64,000 nucleotides of DNA, taken from IMG/VR virus record IMGVR_UViG_3300037418_000840; one strand, given 5' to 3'. Position 1 is the first letter of the stretch, and every line of letters starts with the position of its first letter. A program made the translations under genes and the position numbers. Under the pieces are notes generated by a model. It did no database searches, had not been told where the DNA came from, and saw only the letters and a program-made list of their open reading frames with translations. Below, piece after piece: positions 19,591-28,575 of the stretch. This DNA is from a virus (Duplodnaviria > Caudoviricetes).

Positions 19591-19603
19591 CCCAAACGGA
19601 TCC

Positions 19604-19789
19604 TCACTCCCCTCGCTTTCGCTTCAAGAGCGGTCGCAAGAGGAATCCGCTCTCGTCATCGTCCATGACGGCGTCATGTCGAGCACCAACGCGGCAGCAC
19701 GAGACAGTCACTAGCGCGATCAGTGCAACCCCTAGTCCCACGAGCAAGCTATAGAACAGCATTGTGGACCTCCCCAGGTCACAGATCAT
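19604..19789 (-). CDS. small membrane protein
   Basis: Hydrophobic N-terminal helix; true start probably MLFYSL. Confidence 0.5.
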   Translation of the reverse strand: MICDLGRSTMLFYSLLVGLGVALIALVTVSCCRVGARHDAVMDDDESGFLLRPLLKRKRGE

Positions 19790-20093
19790 ATCCGCGTTTC
19801 ACAAGCGTGAGCGCGTCGACTACTTCTTCTTTTGTAAGGTCTCGAGCCGCAAGATCGTAGCACGCCAGCGCGTGTTCCACATGCTTGAGGACCCTTCGTG
19901 CCACCTCCTTTTCTACTTGATCTAGTGGCTTGTCCTTCAGTGTGAGCACAACCTCGCCATCCATTGACAAGCTCATGACTTGAAGCTCAAACTTCTGGGC
20001 CGAACTGAACCCTGTATCGGTGGGACAGTTGTAGCTGAACACTTGATGCCGGCCCCGTGACTGTCCACACTTCTTACAAATCAAAATGCTCAT
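19779..20093 (-). CDS. hypothetical protein with CxxC
   Basis: ICKKCG...H....NCP. Confidence 0.65.
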   Translation of the reverse strand: MSILICKKCGQSRGRHQVFSYNCPTDTGFSSAQKFELQVMSLSMDGEVVLTLKDKPLDQVEKEVARRVLKHVEHALACYDLAARDLTKEEVVDALTLVKRGYDL

Positions 20094-20129
20094 GGTCTCT
20101 CGTGCTGCTAAGTTATGGCCTGCTTTCCA

Positions 20130-20342
20130 TCAGTCACCACGTGGATAGCATTCGGCTGTGCGGGTGATCACCATAGGAATAGCTGTATGGCCGTCATCAA
20201 CACTTCGCTGAAAGCGCATGGTGCGTGCTACTGATTCACAGTGCTGAGGTGACTCGTACACAGCGTCGAGCGTTGACTGCTGAATAGATGAGTGGCCGTT
20301 GTGTGCTACGATCATGGTCGTAACTAGGATAGCGAAGTTCAT
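20130..20342 (-). CDS. small exported hypothetical protein
   Basis: Hydrophobic N-terminus, Cys pair (QHCE...AECY). Confidence 0.6.
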   Translation of the reverse strand: MNFAILVTTMIVAHNGHSSIQQSTLDAVYESPQHCESVARTMRFQRSVDDGHTAIPMVITRTAECYPRGD

Positions 20343-20986
20343 CAGTCAGCCTTCCCATGATGGTCGATCGAGGTCCGGCCTTCCATGTAGGCTTCCACCT
20401 TCTCGTAAGAGAAGGGACCGTAGCGGCCCATGATCTTGGGTCCGTTGTCCCAACCGACGTCGAGGATGCGTTTGTCGTGCAAGTTTGCACGCTCGTAATT
20501 GAAGTTGCCGTGTGAATGGCCGTGCAAGTGCCACGACTTGTGGTGACCGTTGTTCCATTCGGCAATCGGATGATGGTCCAGGACGATGCGGTGACCGTTG
20601 AGCTTGATCTCCGTACGATGCTCGACCACCGATTCGAACAGGTCCGATGACGCATAGAAGTCGAACAGCGTTCGGTCGTGGTTGCCGCACACGAGATGCT
20701 TGTGAACGCAGTTGATCTGCGAGATCCAGTAGCCTGCCATCCATTGATTGGCGCCGAAGTACACGTCGCCCAGGATGTACAGCTGATCACGCTCGGCCAC
20801 GTAGTAGTTCAGCGTGTCGATCACCCACTTGTTGTGTTCGTCGCTAGTTGCCGGGCCTGTGGCACCTGCCGCGCGGTGGAATTCACTTGCTTGCCATTGT
20901 CGTTGGAGATAGGCCCCGCGTTCGGTGTATTCGAGGATGCCCTCATGGTTGAGATGCAGGTCACTCGTAAACCAAGTTTGACTCAT
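20342..20986 (-). CDS. calcineurin-like metallophosphoesterase
   Basis: TSDLHLNH, ILGDV, GNHD, DHHP, LHGHSH motifs; start trimmed to MSQTWF. Confidence 0.9.
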   Translation of the reverse strand: MSQTWFTSDLHLNHEGILEYTERGAYLQRQWQASEFHRAAGATGPATSDEHNKWVIDTLNYYVAERDQLYILGDVYFGANQWMAGYWISQINCVHKHLVCGNHDRTLFDFYASSDLFESVVEHRTEIKLNGHRIVLDHHPIAEWNNGHHKSWHLHGHSHGNFNYERANLHDKRILDVGWDNGPKIMGRYGPFSYEKVEAYMEGRTSIDHHGKAD

Positions 20987-21177
20987 CGTTGATTCACCAA
21001 AAGAACGAGTCCAGCATACAGCAGCCAGACCACGAAGTTGCAAAACACGGCACGAACGGCCGCGACCGGCATTCCCGCACGATATCGGGTGCGGACCATG
21101 CTCAGAAGCTCAATCGTTGCGATGAACACAAGGATGAGCAACAGCGGCATGATCGATTTGACTTGTAGGATGGTCAT
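20983..21177 (-). CDS. small two-helix membrane protein
   Basis: Two hydrophobic segments. Confidence 0.6.
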   Translation of the reverse strand: MTILQVKSIMPLLLILVFIATIELLSMVRTRYRAGMPVAAVRAVFCNFVVWLLYAGLVLLVNQR

Positions 21178-21228
21178 GGTCTTCTCGCGTGCTATACGGT
21201 AGGCCCCAAGATAGGGCCGAGCCGCATC

Positions 21229-21708
21229 TTAGATGGTGGAACGCGGCATCGTGGTTGAACCTGAAGCGTCCGGGTCACCTTCACGCGCGTAACCATCGAC
21301 TACGGCCGTTGTGCGGTTCTCGCTAGTGTTGTGAAACGAACCATCCGGACGTGTCCCACCACCGAAGCCCTGAACCATGTTGCGTACCATGTTCGGCGCG
21401 AAGACGATCTTCATCGCTTGTTCGAAGGTCGCAGCACGCGCATCGGATACGGCGCGTGCCATTTCTACCGTATGAATCTGGGACTCGCGTCCGATCACAG
21501 CCTTCTCACGAGCATCAATCGCATCGACTAGCGCACGCTGTTCACGCACCTTGTTCTCGAGATGCAGTTTCGTTTCTTTCAAGTCGGCGACCTCTTGATT
21601 GCGTCGTTCGAGTTGGCGTTCGAGCTCCACCGCCTTGTCTTTCAATTGCCGGACAGCTTCCAGCGCGTCCAGGCTGAAGGTCTTCGATGCAACGAGATCA
21701 TCGATCAA
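21229..21708 (-). CDS. coiled-coil hypothetical protein
   Basis: Heptad-rich ORF; start uncertain (TTG at 21708, out-of-frame ATG with RBS at 21739). Confidence 0.65.
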   Translation of the reverse strand: MIDDLVASKTFSLDALEAVRQLKDKAVELERQLERRNQEVADLKETKLHLENKVREQRALVDAIDAREKAVIGRESQIHTVEMARAVSDARAATFEQAMKIVFAPNMVRNMVQGFGGGTRPDGSFHNTSENRTTAVVDGYAREGDPDASGSTTMPRSTI

Positions 21709-21817
21709 GGTGGTGAGTTTGCGAGTTGACGGTGCTCATATTCGGGTCCTTATATGGTAAGAGGGCGGCCCCCTTCATGGGTTCCGCCCTCTATTTACCA
21801 CAGACCGCAGGACTTGT

Positions 21818-22507
21818 TTAGACGTTCGGTCCCAATAGAGCCGAGCTCGCCTTCTTGAGCGCGCCACGAACAGCAACGATGCCGTTGGCCTTGATCGCGT
21901 CCTTGACCAACTTGGTGAGGGCCGTCAAGTCTTTCTTGGCTTGCTCAGCCTTGAGCTTGGCCTTAGTTGCCACGTCGGCAGCAGCCTTCAGCTTTGCCGT
22001 CGTCTCGAGATGGTATTCGAGCTCGTACTTGGTGATCAGACCAAGCTTCTCCAACGCACGGACTAACGTCTCGTTGCCCGCGTCATATGGCATGGCAGTA
22101 CGTGCTGTTCGCGGCACACGGATGCTCGGACCGTAGGCGAAGACGCGAGCCTTACGCAAATCGATCGAGCCCTGACCGAAGTTCGTGCCGAACACCTGAT
22201 GATCGACAACTGCGACACGCATTGACTTCACATACGACGCGTCTTCCGTGTCGAAGACCAGAATGAAGTTGACGATCATCCTTGTGGCCGTTCCCTTGGC
22301 CGTCGTAGGCTTGCGCATCACCACACAGGGACGGGTGTTCTCGATACCCTTGCGCGACGAGAGGCCGGGCTTCTGTGTTTGGATCGAGGGCTTGCGTTCG
22401 GCCACTTCGACCTTGGTTTCGACTTTAGTCTCGACCTTGGGTTGCGGCTTCTTAGCCGCCGGCTTGAACGCCGATTTGAGAAGCGTCGTCGGTACGGGTG
22501 TGGACAT
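21818..22507 (-). CDS. Lys/Ala-rich hypothetical protein
   Basis: GGAGGA RBS before MSTPVP; basic N- and C-termini. Confidence 0.8.
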   Translation of the reverse strand: MSTPVPTTLLKSAFKPAAKKPQPKVETKVETKVEVAERKPSIQTQKPGLSSRKGIENTRPCVVMRKPTTAKGTATRMIVNFILVFDTEDASYVKSMRVAVVDHQVFGTNFGQGSIDLRKARVFAYGPSIRVPRTARTAMPYDAGNETLVRALEKLGLITKYELEYHLETTAKLKAAADVATKAKLKAEQAKKDLTALTKLVKDAIKANGIVAVRGALKKASSALLGPNV

Positions 22508-22515
22508 GAATCCTC

Positions 22516-22767
22516 CTAGTTGTTGTCCAGAATTCTGTAACTGACAATCTGCGTCTCCGGATGGTAGCCTGTATGTGCCCATCCGAAGGTTTGAGCAGGT
22601 CCTTTGTGGACTTGTCCGTTACGGAACACTACTTCGACGAGAGTCCGGTCGTCGATTCCGGAAGGGAACGGACTGTCGATCGACTGACAGCCGTCCCAGT
22701 TGGTGAACAGATCATCCATCGTTTCGAACGGAGAAAAAGATCTGGGTGTCAAACGGTATCGCCGCAC
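22516..22767 (-). CDS. hypothetical protein
   Basis: WDG...P.....VEVVFRNG.......FGWAH...IVSYR phage pattern; start uncertain. Confidence 0.6.
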   Translation of the reverse strand: MRRYRLTPRSFSPFETMDDLFTNWDGCQSIDSPFPSGIDDRTLVEVVFRNGQVHKGPAQTFGWAHTGYHPETQIVSYRILDNN

Positions 22768-22993
22768 CCAACGAACACTTGGAACCTAGTTTGGACATCA
22801 GTTCCCACAGCTGGACGTGCCAGTAACCTTCTTCATCGAGCACGAAAGCAGGAACATTGGGGAGGATGACGCCCTTCCTACGAACTCGCGCTAGGTTAGC
22901 CGCGTGCTGCTCGTTTAGAAAGGTGCGGCCCTCCTCGGTGAGTTTGACCTTCACCGTCTCGTTCACGTTGAACGGCAGCCAGATCTTCTCCAT
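22712..22993 (-). CDS. hypothetical protein
   Basis: FNVNETVKVKLTEEG...QLWELM..LG phage pattern. Confidence 0.7.
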   Translation of the reverse strand: MEKIWLPFNVNETVKVKLTEEGRTFLNEQHAANLARVRRKGVILPNVPAFVLDEEGYWHVQLWELMSKLGSKCSLGAAIPFDTQIFFSVRNDG

Positions 22994-22995
22994 AG

Positions 22996-24132
22996 TTACC
23001 TCGCAGGGATCACAAGTCGCTGACCAACAAGGATCAGGTTCGGGTTCGGCAAGTTGTTGCGCTGCTGGATGTCGCGATAACGCTGACCCGATCCTAGCTG
23101 CGAAGCGGCGACGCTATTCAGCGTATCGCCCTGCCGCACCGTGTACGTGTGCTCGCCAGACGACGCGGCTGTGGTCACCACCTGATTGCTGATGAAATAC
23201 TTGCGCAGCAAATCCAGATAGGCCGGGCTGTTCTTCACCTTGGCGATTGCCGAGTTCAAATAGATGAGCAACGACTGGTCACTGGCACGGACACCAATCT
23301 TGTACGAGATGGACGAGCCATCCAGCTTGGTAATCGCGAATCGCAGATCAGAGCCCTCGATCGACTTGACCGCAAATGGATAGTCGTAGATGAAGCAGTC
23401 CACCGTGTGGTTGTCCACTGCCTTGGCGATAAACTGATCGTCAGCATCGGACACCTGGACAAACGTAGTGGTCGGAAACTTACGGGCGACATAAGCCTTG
23501 ACATCGGGATCGCCTTGCAGGATGCCACAAGTACGGCCCTGAAGGTCAGCCGCCGAATGAATCGGTGATCCTTGCTGGACGATCAGAGCGTAGCCGAAGT
23601 CGTCGATGTAGGGCACACTGTAGACGACGCCGGCCGGCACGTTATCCGCAAACGTAAGGCCGTCCATCGCCACGTCAACCGTATGACCTGTCCCGTCGTT
23701 GACCAATAGCTGACGTGGGACATCAGCATAGGTGCTGACTTCGTGATGCGTGTCGATTGTCACTGCCCCGTTCTTTGCGAATTCAGGCTGGGCGAACAGT
23801 AGGTGTGCGAACTCGACGTTGAAACCGTGGGGCACGCCGTTGGCTTCGCCGTAGAATGGCTCGCTCGGATTCTCCACAGAGATGCGAACCACGCGGTTCT
23901 GCAAGATGGACTGCAAACCATCGGCTACCGGCTGGACCTGAGGTATCGCCTGTGGACTTGCTGTCGCCGGCTGTGTCGCGGTCATCGATTGGGGTCCCTG
24001 CATTGTCGCAGCGGCCACGACTTGATCGTGCTGAGTCGCAGCGTAGTGCTTATATCCGTAAAGTCCCCCGATGGCGGCCCCGGCAACAACCATGAGACCG
24101 ACAAACTTCTTGAATCGCTTCGTGAACGACAT
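22996..24132 (-). CDS. membrane-anchored amino-acid-type solute-binding protein (SBP family 3) fused to C-terminal LysM
   Basis: N-terminal TM anchor; PF....G..HGFNVE.A, YSVPY, I.SAADL.G...G...G, VD....D, Y.IGVR...L....N.AI; LysM YTVRQGDTL...NNL.NPNLI.VGQRLVIP. Confidence 0.9.
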   Translation of the reverse strand: MSFTKRFKKFVGLMVVAGAAIGGLYGYKHYAATQHDQVVAAATMQGPQSMTATQPATASPQAIPQVQPVADGLQSILQNRVVRISVENPSEPFYGEANGVPHGFNVEFAHLLFAQPEFAKNGAVTIDTHHEVSTYADVPRQLLVNDGTGHTVDVAMDGLTFADNVPAGVVYSVPYIDDFGYALIVQQGSPIHSAADLQGRTCGILQGDPDVKAYVARKFPTTTFVQVSDADDQFIAKAVDNHTVDCFIYDYPFAVKSIEGSDLRFAITKLDGSSISYKIGVRASDQSLLIYLNSAIAKVKNSPAYLDLLRKYFISNQVVTTAASSGEHTYTVRQGDTLNSVAASQLGSGQRYRDIQQRNNLPNPNLILVGQRLVIPAR

Positions 24133-24143
24133 GATCGCTCCTG

Positions 24144-25121
24144 TTATTTTCTGATCAGATAATTGACGTCGGTGGCCGTGGTCGAAACCTTGGCCGGAAT
24201 CTTCGGTGCGACTTGCACCACGCTGAGATCACGCGTGTTCAGGTCTTCGAGTAGACGCATGCCCTTCTCGGTGTACACTGCGTTCTGTAGATCGACGCTG
24301 TCGATGAACTTCTGACTGTCAGTCATGAAGGACTCGATCTCACCAATCTTGGCAGCGTAGTCTTGGGCCAAGAAAGCAAAAGCATCGGCCTGCAACAGAT
24401 CGCTTGCGTCACTACCCTTGAAGGCCGCGCGTACCGTCTGCCATGCGTTAGACGCCGCAGTAGCAGCACGGTACTCTTCTTCGGACACATTGATCTCGAA
24501 ATCGATGTTGCTGTGGATAGTCTCCAGCGCCTTTTGGGCCTTGCACAACTGCTCGTAGAACGTGCTGACCATAGTGTACGATTTGGTCGTACGATTGATG
24601 GCTTCTTCGAGACGACCGATCTTCATCGCTTCGTTGGCGACATCCTCTTGGGTGCGGCCGTGTCTGACCATCACGTTGATGCCTGCCTGAATGTCAGCCA
24701 TCTGACGCTTGAACTTCTCGATCGAGGCATTCAACACGGAGACAGATCGTTTGACATCGAGCCGGCTCTTGTCCACGGTCTTGACGCGGGTCGCCGCTAC
24801 CTCCTGCGTCTCACGCAAGACACCGACCGGATCGTACTTGATGATCTGGTAGGTCAGTGCGCGCATCAGCAACTTGTAGATGAGCCACGCCCGATTGCGA
24901 AACGTGTTGTCAAGGACAAACACCCACAGAAGGAGGGCTGTCAATATGATGAAGCCCACGGCATAGAACGTGTTCTCGGCCAGATTGGCGATATAGGGCA
25001 TGAGTTTGTACGCCCCGTAGCCGATACCGCCAAGGATACCAAAGCCCACGATCATGCCAGTCGTTCCTTCCTTCGTGTCCCAGAAGGATTGGATCTTCCG
25101 CTTAACGAGCTCATTGGGCAT
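24144..25121 (-). CDS. two-TM inner-membrane protein with long coiled coil (PspA/ESCRT-III-like, tentative)
   Basis: Two adjacent hydrophobic helices then about 230 aa helical coiled coil; start trimmed to MPNELV (GGGAGG RBS). Confidence 0.8.
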   Translation of the reverse strand: MPNELVKRKIQSFWDTKEGTTGMIVGFGILGGIGYGAYKLMPYIANLAENTFYAVGFIILTALLLWVFVLDNTFRNRAWLIYKLLMRALTYQIIKYDPVGVLRETQEVAATRVKTVDKSRLDVKRSVSVLNASIEKFKRQMADIQAGINVMVRHGRTQEDVANEAMKIGRLEEAINRTTKSYTMVSTFYEQLCKAQKALETIHSNIDFEINVSEEEYRAATAASNAWQTVRAAFKGSDASDLLQADAFAFLAQDYAAKIGEIESFMTDSQKFIDSVDLQNAVYTEKGMRLLEDLNTRDLSVVQVAPKIPAKVSTTATDVNYLIRK

Positions 25122-25788
25122 TGCTGCCTCCCAGATGCTTTTGAACCAGTCCTGCGATGTTGGTGTAACGAGCTTCCAGGCTTTCGATGATGCCCGCAAA
25201 GTCGATAGCCGCCTTCTTGGCACTGATGGTCTTCAAACGGCTTTCTTCGAGAAGCGCGTCCTTGCGTTTGGACAGTTCACCAAGCTGACGCGTCAGCTCA
25301 TCCGCCTGCTGTTGAAGCTTCTCCACCTCGACGCCGATCGCCTGAACTTCCTCTTCAGCAGCGTGAACGACTGTCTGCTGGAACTTGTCGTTCTCGCGCT
25401 GGAGCACCGACTTGTGGACCGCCAGGGCATCGACCAAGTCCTTGCTCGATACGCTGCCCGACGCGGCCTGTGCGGCTTTGAACCGCATACCTTCTTCCGG
25501 GATCACGGTCTTCATGCTGTCGAGCGTGGTCTCGAAGGCGGCAAACGGGGCAAACTCGGGTGCGGCTCGAATCATGTCGTCGAGAGCCTTGGTCACCGAC
25601 AGCACGTCGAGCGCCATCTCTGGCGAATTATCCGGCGACACGAGTGGCGGCGCGCTGTCGCCTGCCGTTGCGGCTACCGCAGCAACTGACGACACGGGTT
25701 TCCGTGTGGACGAGGCTTGTTGCTGCTCGTCTTTGTCCTCTTCGAGGATGCCCAAGGTTTGGCCTAAGCCTTTGATTTTGCTGAACAT
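25111..25788 (-). CDS. cytoplasmic coiled-coil protein
   Basis: 225 aa; disordered N-terminus, C-terminal heptads; stop overlaps next start. Confidence 0.8.
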   Translation of the reverse strand: MFSKIKGLGQTLGILEEDKDEQQQASSTRKPVSSVAAVAATAGDSAPPLVSPDNSPEMALDVLSVTKALDDMIRAAPEFAPFAAFETTLDSMKTVIPEEGMRFKAAQAASGSVSSKDLVDALAVHKSVLQRENDKFQQTVVHAAEEEVQAIGVEVEKLQQQADELTRQLGELSKRKDALLEESRLKTISAKKAAIDFAGIIESLEARYTNIAGLVQKHLGGSNAQ

Positions 25789-25830
25789 AGATCGTCCTTC
25801 GCGCTTAAGAGAAGCGAAGTTGAAAAGAAA

Positions 25831-25857
25831 GGGGCCATCACCTAATGGTGTGGCCCC
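25831..25857 (-). terminator. Rho-independent terminator
   Basis: GGGGCCA/TGGCCCC stem followed by TTTCTTTT on minus strand. Confidence 0.65.
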
Positions 25858-25860
25858 GAC

Positions 25861-25870
25861 TATTTACTAC
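25861..25870 (-). promoter_or_regulatory. GTAAATA-type putative phage promoter
   Basis: GTAGTAAATA upstream of the three-gene SBP-LysM module. Confidence 0.55.
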
Positions 25871-25884
25871 GTGAGATGTTTCGC

Positions 25885-26439
25885 CTACGACCAATCGCTA
25901 GACGAACAGGAATTGCCGTAGTCGATGGACGAACTCGAATCGAAAGACGATGAGCTCGAGCTGAAATCTGGAGTCGACGACGAACCACAGTCCAAGGTCG
26001 GCGGACTTGATTCGGGAGTCGGCGCGGACTCGTAGGAACTCGAGGCCGAACTCGCTGAGAAGAGTTCGTTCGACGGGTTCAGTGGGCTAATAGGACTCGT
26101 AAGTCCCATCGGATTCAGCGGGTTCGTCAGATCGTTGGCCCACAGACGACGACGCCGCTCTTCCTCTTCTTCCTGGAAGAGGCGAGTGGTCCGCGACTGC
26201 TCATTGTAGGCGGCAAGTGCTGACCTTCCAACGCCGACGGGATTGGGTTTCATTTCACTACCACGGCGCGCGCCGCCCGGCCTCAGATTATCAGAATCGA
26301 GTAACATGGAAACCGTTGATCCCGATGATCGAGTCACTGTCGGAGCTTCCGTCTTATACGGAGCACCTTCTGTTGACTTGGCTCCCGCCTGCCGTGTACG
26401 ACGACCACGACCAAACAGACTTGCAATGAACTTAAACAT
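25885..26439 (-). CDS. Ser-rich low-complexity hypothetical protein
   Basis: Start trimmed to MFKFIA; C-terminal poly-Ser tail. Confidence 0.7.
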   Translation of the reverse strand: MFKFIASLFGRGRRTRQAGAKSTEGAPYKTEAPTVTRSSGSTVSMLLDSDNLRPGGARRGSEMKPNPVGVGRSALAAYNEQSRTTRLFQEEEEERRRRLWANDLTNPLNPMGLTSPISPLNPSNELFSASSASSSYESAPTPESSPPTLDCGSSSTPDFSSSSSSFDSSSSIDYGNSCSSSDWS

Positions 26440-26665
26440 TTTGGTCCTCCCAATCAAGAGCATCATACTTGCCAGTCAGCACGGAGAAAGCCAATTTCAC
26501 TCGGGTAATTAGATTACCGATGAGTCCCTTGTCATAGGCAAGACCACGAGCCGGAATCCATTCACGAGACTCAACTCGACCAGTTGGACTTCTCGTTATC
26601 TTTTCCGTTTTACTCGAAGCCCACCGGGCTCCGTACCGGGCTTTGTATAGACTTGGAATGCTCAT
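26432..26665 (-). CDS. hypothetical protein
   Basis: Start trimmed to MSIPSL (GAGGA RBS); WIPARG...A..V.TGK.DAL.W. Confidence 0.65.
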   Translation of the reverse strand: MSIPSLYKARYGARWASSKTEKITRSPTGRVESREWIPARGLAYDKGLIGNLITRVKLAFSVLTGKYDALDWEDQNV

Positions 26666-26666
26666 G

Positions 26667-27014
26667 CTAGTCCTCGAAGTGAGTCTTGTGATAGTTGACG
26701 CAGAAGGTGATACCCTTCTCGAACGTAATCTCTTCACGATCGCGAGGTATATCGACGTGACAGCTGTTCTGTACCGGACCGATGGCCAGACGATTCTCGA
26801 TTAGATTAATCGAGTATCGGGCTGGTATCCATACCATGATCATCCGGAAACGATAGAAACTATGGACGTGGGCGTCCTTGCCAAATACTTCTACGTCCAC
26901 ATAGTAGTCACGGACTTCACTCTGAGCTGGCCGCGTCACCTTCCCTTTGACCGTGTAGCCAAGGACTTCGCATTCAAAGGGACGGACATCATCAGATGTA
27001 GGCATGCGGGCCAC
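26667..27014 (-). CDS. hypothetical protein
   Basis: 115-aa ORF tiling. Confidence 0.6.
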   Translation of the reverse strand: MARMPTSDDVRPFECEVLGYTVKGKVTRPAQSEVRDYYVDVEVFGKDAHVHSFYRFRMIMVWIPARYSINLIENRLAIGPVQNSCHVDIPRDREEITFEKGITFCVNYHKTHFED

Positions 27015-27017
27015 CCT

Positions 27018-27650
27018 CTATGAAAGACCACGATTGAGCTTGGCGGCCTTGCGCTGACGTTTGGCCTCAGCACGATCGCGGCGTTCACGTTCGGCATCCG
27101 AAGTCTTAAATGCTTCCTTGGCTTCTTCAGGAGTCAACGTGCGTGGCTCCAACGCAGCGAACGGATTGAGCGGGTCGAAGGATCCAAACGGGCCACCTGC
27201 TATACCTAACGATGCGGCCAGCATAGCTGTGACCAGTTGGCTGACATGAGGCTTCGCCGGCACGTATTGGTCATCGCTCTCGACAGGATCAGGCCCGTTG
27301 ACTTCATCGATGATTTCCACCCCTTGGTCCTCCAGTATTTTGCGGCTCATTGTGGTCTTCCCACTACGAAGTCCCTGGCTGCTTAGGACAAACATTTTGT
27401 TCGGCGTCGTGGCCTTGGCAGCGGCCTGCCGTCGAGCCTCAGCGTTCAGCGCGCGCAATGTTTGTTCATCGTCCTGGATAGCCGCACAGGAATCGATGAC
27501 AATCTTGGGCGCAGACGAATCGAATGCGGCGGCCACCCAGCGATCAGGGTTGATGTCGACCATCAAGCGTCCAGTGGGGCTCTGCTCCATCAGCAACTTC
27601 ACTGCTTCCTGATGGGGAAGCAATGGAAATCCATACTTCTCTTCGGCCAT
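27018..27650 (-). CDS. hypothetical protein
   Basis: 210-aa ORF, GAGGA RBS; isolated GLRSGKTT. Confidence 0.75.
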   Translation of the reverse strand: MAEEKYGFPLLPHQEAVKLLMEQSPTGRLMVDINPDRWVAAAFDSSAPKIVIDSCAAIQDDEQTLRALNAEARRQAAAKATTPNKMFVLSSQGLRSGKTTMSRKILEDQGVEIIDEVNGPDPVESDDQYVPAKPHVSQLVTAMLAASLGIAGGPFGSFDPLNPFAALEPRTLTPEEAKEAFKTSDAERERRDRAEAKRQRKAAKLNRGLS

Positions 27651-27659
27651 GATCGTTCC

Positions 27660-28139
27660 TCAGAGGAGTTGAATTGTAGGCATTTCGCCGACCAGTACCG
27701 GATTCTTGTCCGATGAACTGTAGCGGGCGACGCGAGCACGTAGCTGAGCCGCTGAATCGGCGGCCAACAGATAGGTACAAGACAAGCCACAATGGACCTG
27801 GACCCGCCATCCATAGAGAGCTTGCGCTTGGTTGTATAGAATCAGCACGCGGGAGTAATCGGGATTAGAATGCTGAACCCATTCCAGATGTTCCTCGAAC
27901 TCCGCGTTGTTGGTTGGTATCCGTATACAGAGATCGTCACGATTGGTACGATCGAGCTCGTCACGGATCCGTGTACGAATGTCTTTGGCTTCTGCCAAAT
28001 CAGCAGCCAGAACAACGTGTGGCATCTTGTGGTGAGTGACCACAAAGTTGACAACCAGCATCTGAAGCTGAACACTCCGAAGATGCAGACGCATTGGTAG
28101 TGGCGTCTCCTCAGTCATAACCGAAACAGTGTCGCTCAT
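27660..28139 (-). CDS. hypothetical protein
   Basis: 159-aa ORF. Confidence 0.65.
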   Translation of the reverse strand: MSDTVSVMTEETPLPMRLHLRSVQLQMLVVNFVVTHHKMPHVVLAADLAEAKDIRTRIRDELDRTNRDDLCIRIPTNNAEFEEHLEWVQHSNPDYSRVLILYNQAQALYGWRVQVHCGLSCTYLLAADSAAQLRARVARYSSSDKNPVLVGEMPTIQLL

Positions 28140-28166
28140 TACAGACCTCTCAAGAAGATTTAGAGT

Positions 28167-28520
28167 TCAAAGAACGACGTCCGAGCCGCCGGGCACATGC
28201 TGGCGCAGCGCTTCAAGTGCTGTCTCAAAGAGACGCTCCGGACTACTTTCTTTGTGAATGAAGATCTCGAGCGAGGCGAGGCGGACCCGATCTTCGTCGA
28301 AGACCGACAGGAGACGCGTATGCCATTCGCCTTTCTCGAAGAACATGGTGAACTTGTACTTCGTATCATGGAGCGTGGCCTTCACGGTATAGCGCACGCC
28401 TTGAAACGTCAAGCTATCGGGACTATAGACACCAGCGAGATACTGCGTGACTGTCCCCCTTACTTCTTCGCCAAAGATCTCACAGCAGAACTCACGAACT
28501 TCAGGTTTTTGGATATTCAT
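28167..28520 (-). CDS. hypothetical protein
   Basis: 117-aa ORF, GGAGAG RBS. Confidence 0.7.
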   Translation of the reverse strand: MNIQKPEVREFCCEIFGEEVRGTVTQYLAGVYSPDSLTFQGVRYTVKATLHDTKYKFTMFFEKGEWHTRLLSVFDEDRVRLASLEIFIHKESSPERLFETALEALRQHVPGGSDVVL

Positions 28521-28575
28521 TTTGACTCTCCCTTGAAAGGGACCGGATACGTGTCTGTACCCGGCGCGCCTCCGG

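Noticed and set aside
22996-24132. SBP-LysM as an endolysin or a simple ABC importer
   Set aside because: It has no catalytic peptidoglycan hydrolase motif, and no permease or ATPase gene is in the window.
27018-27650. GLRSGKTT as a Walker A (terminase or kinase)
   Set aside because: No Walker B or surrounding alpha/beta P-loop pattern is evident; probably a chance match or relic.
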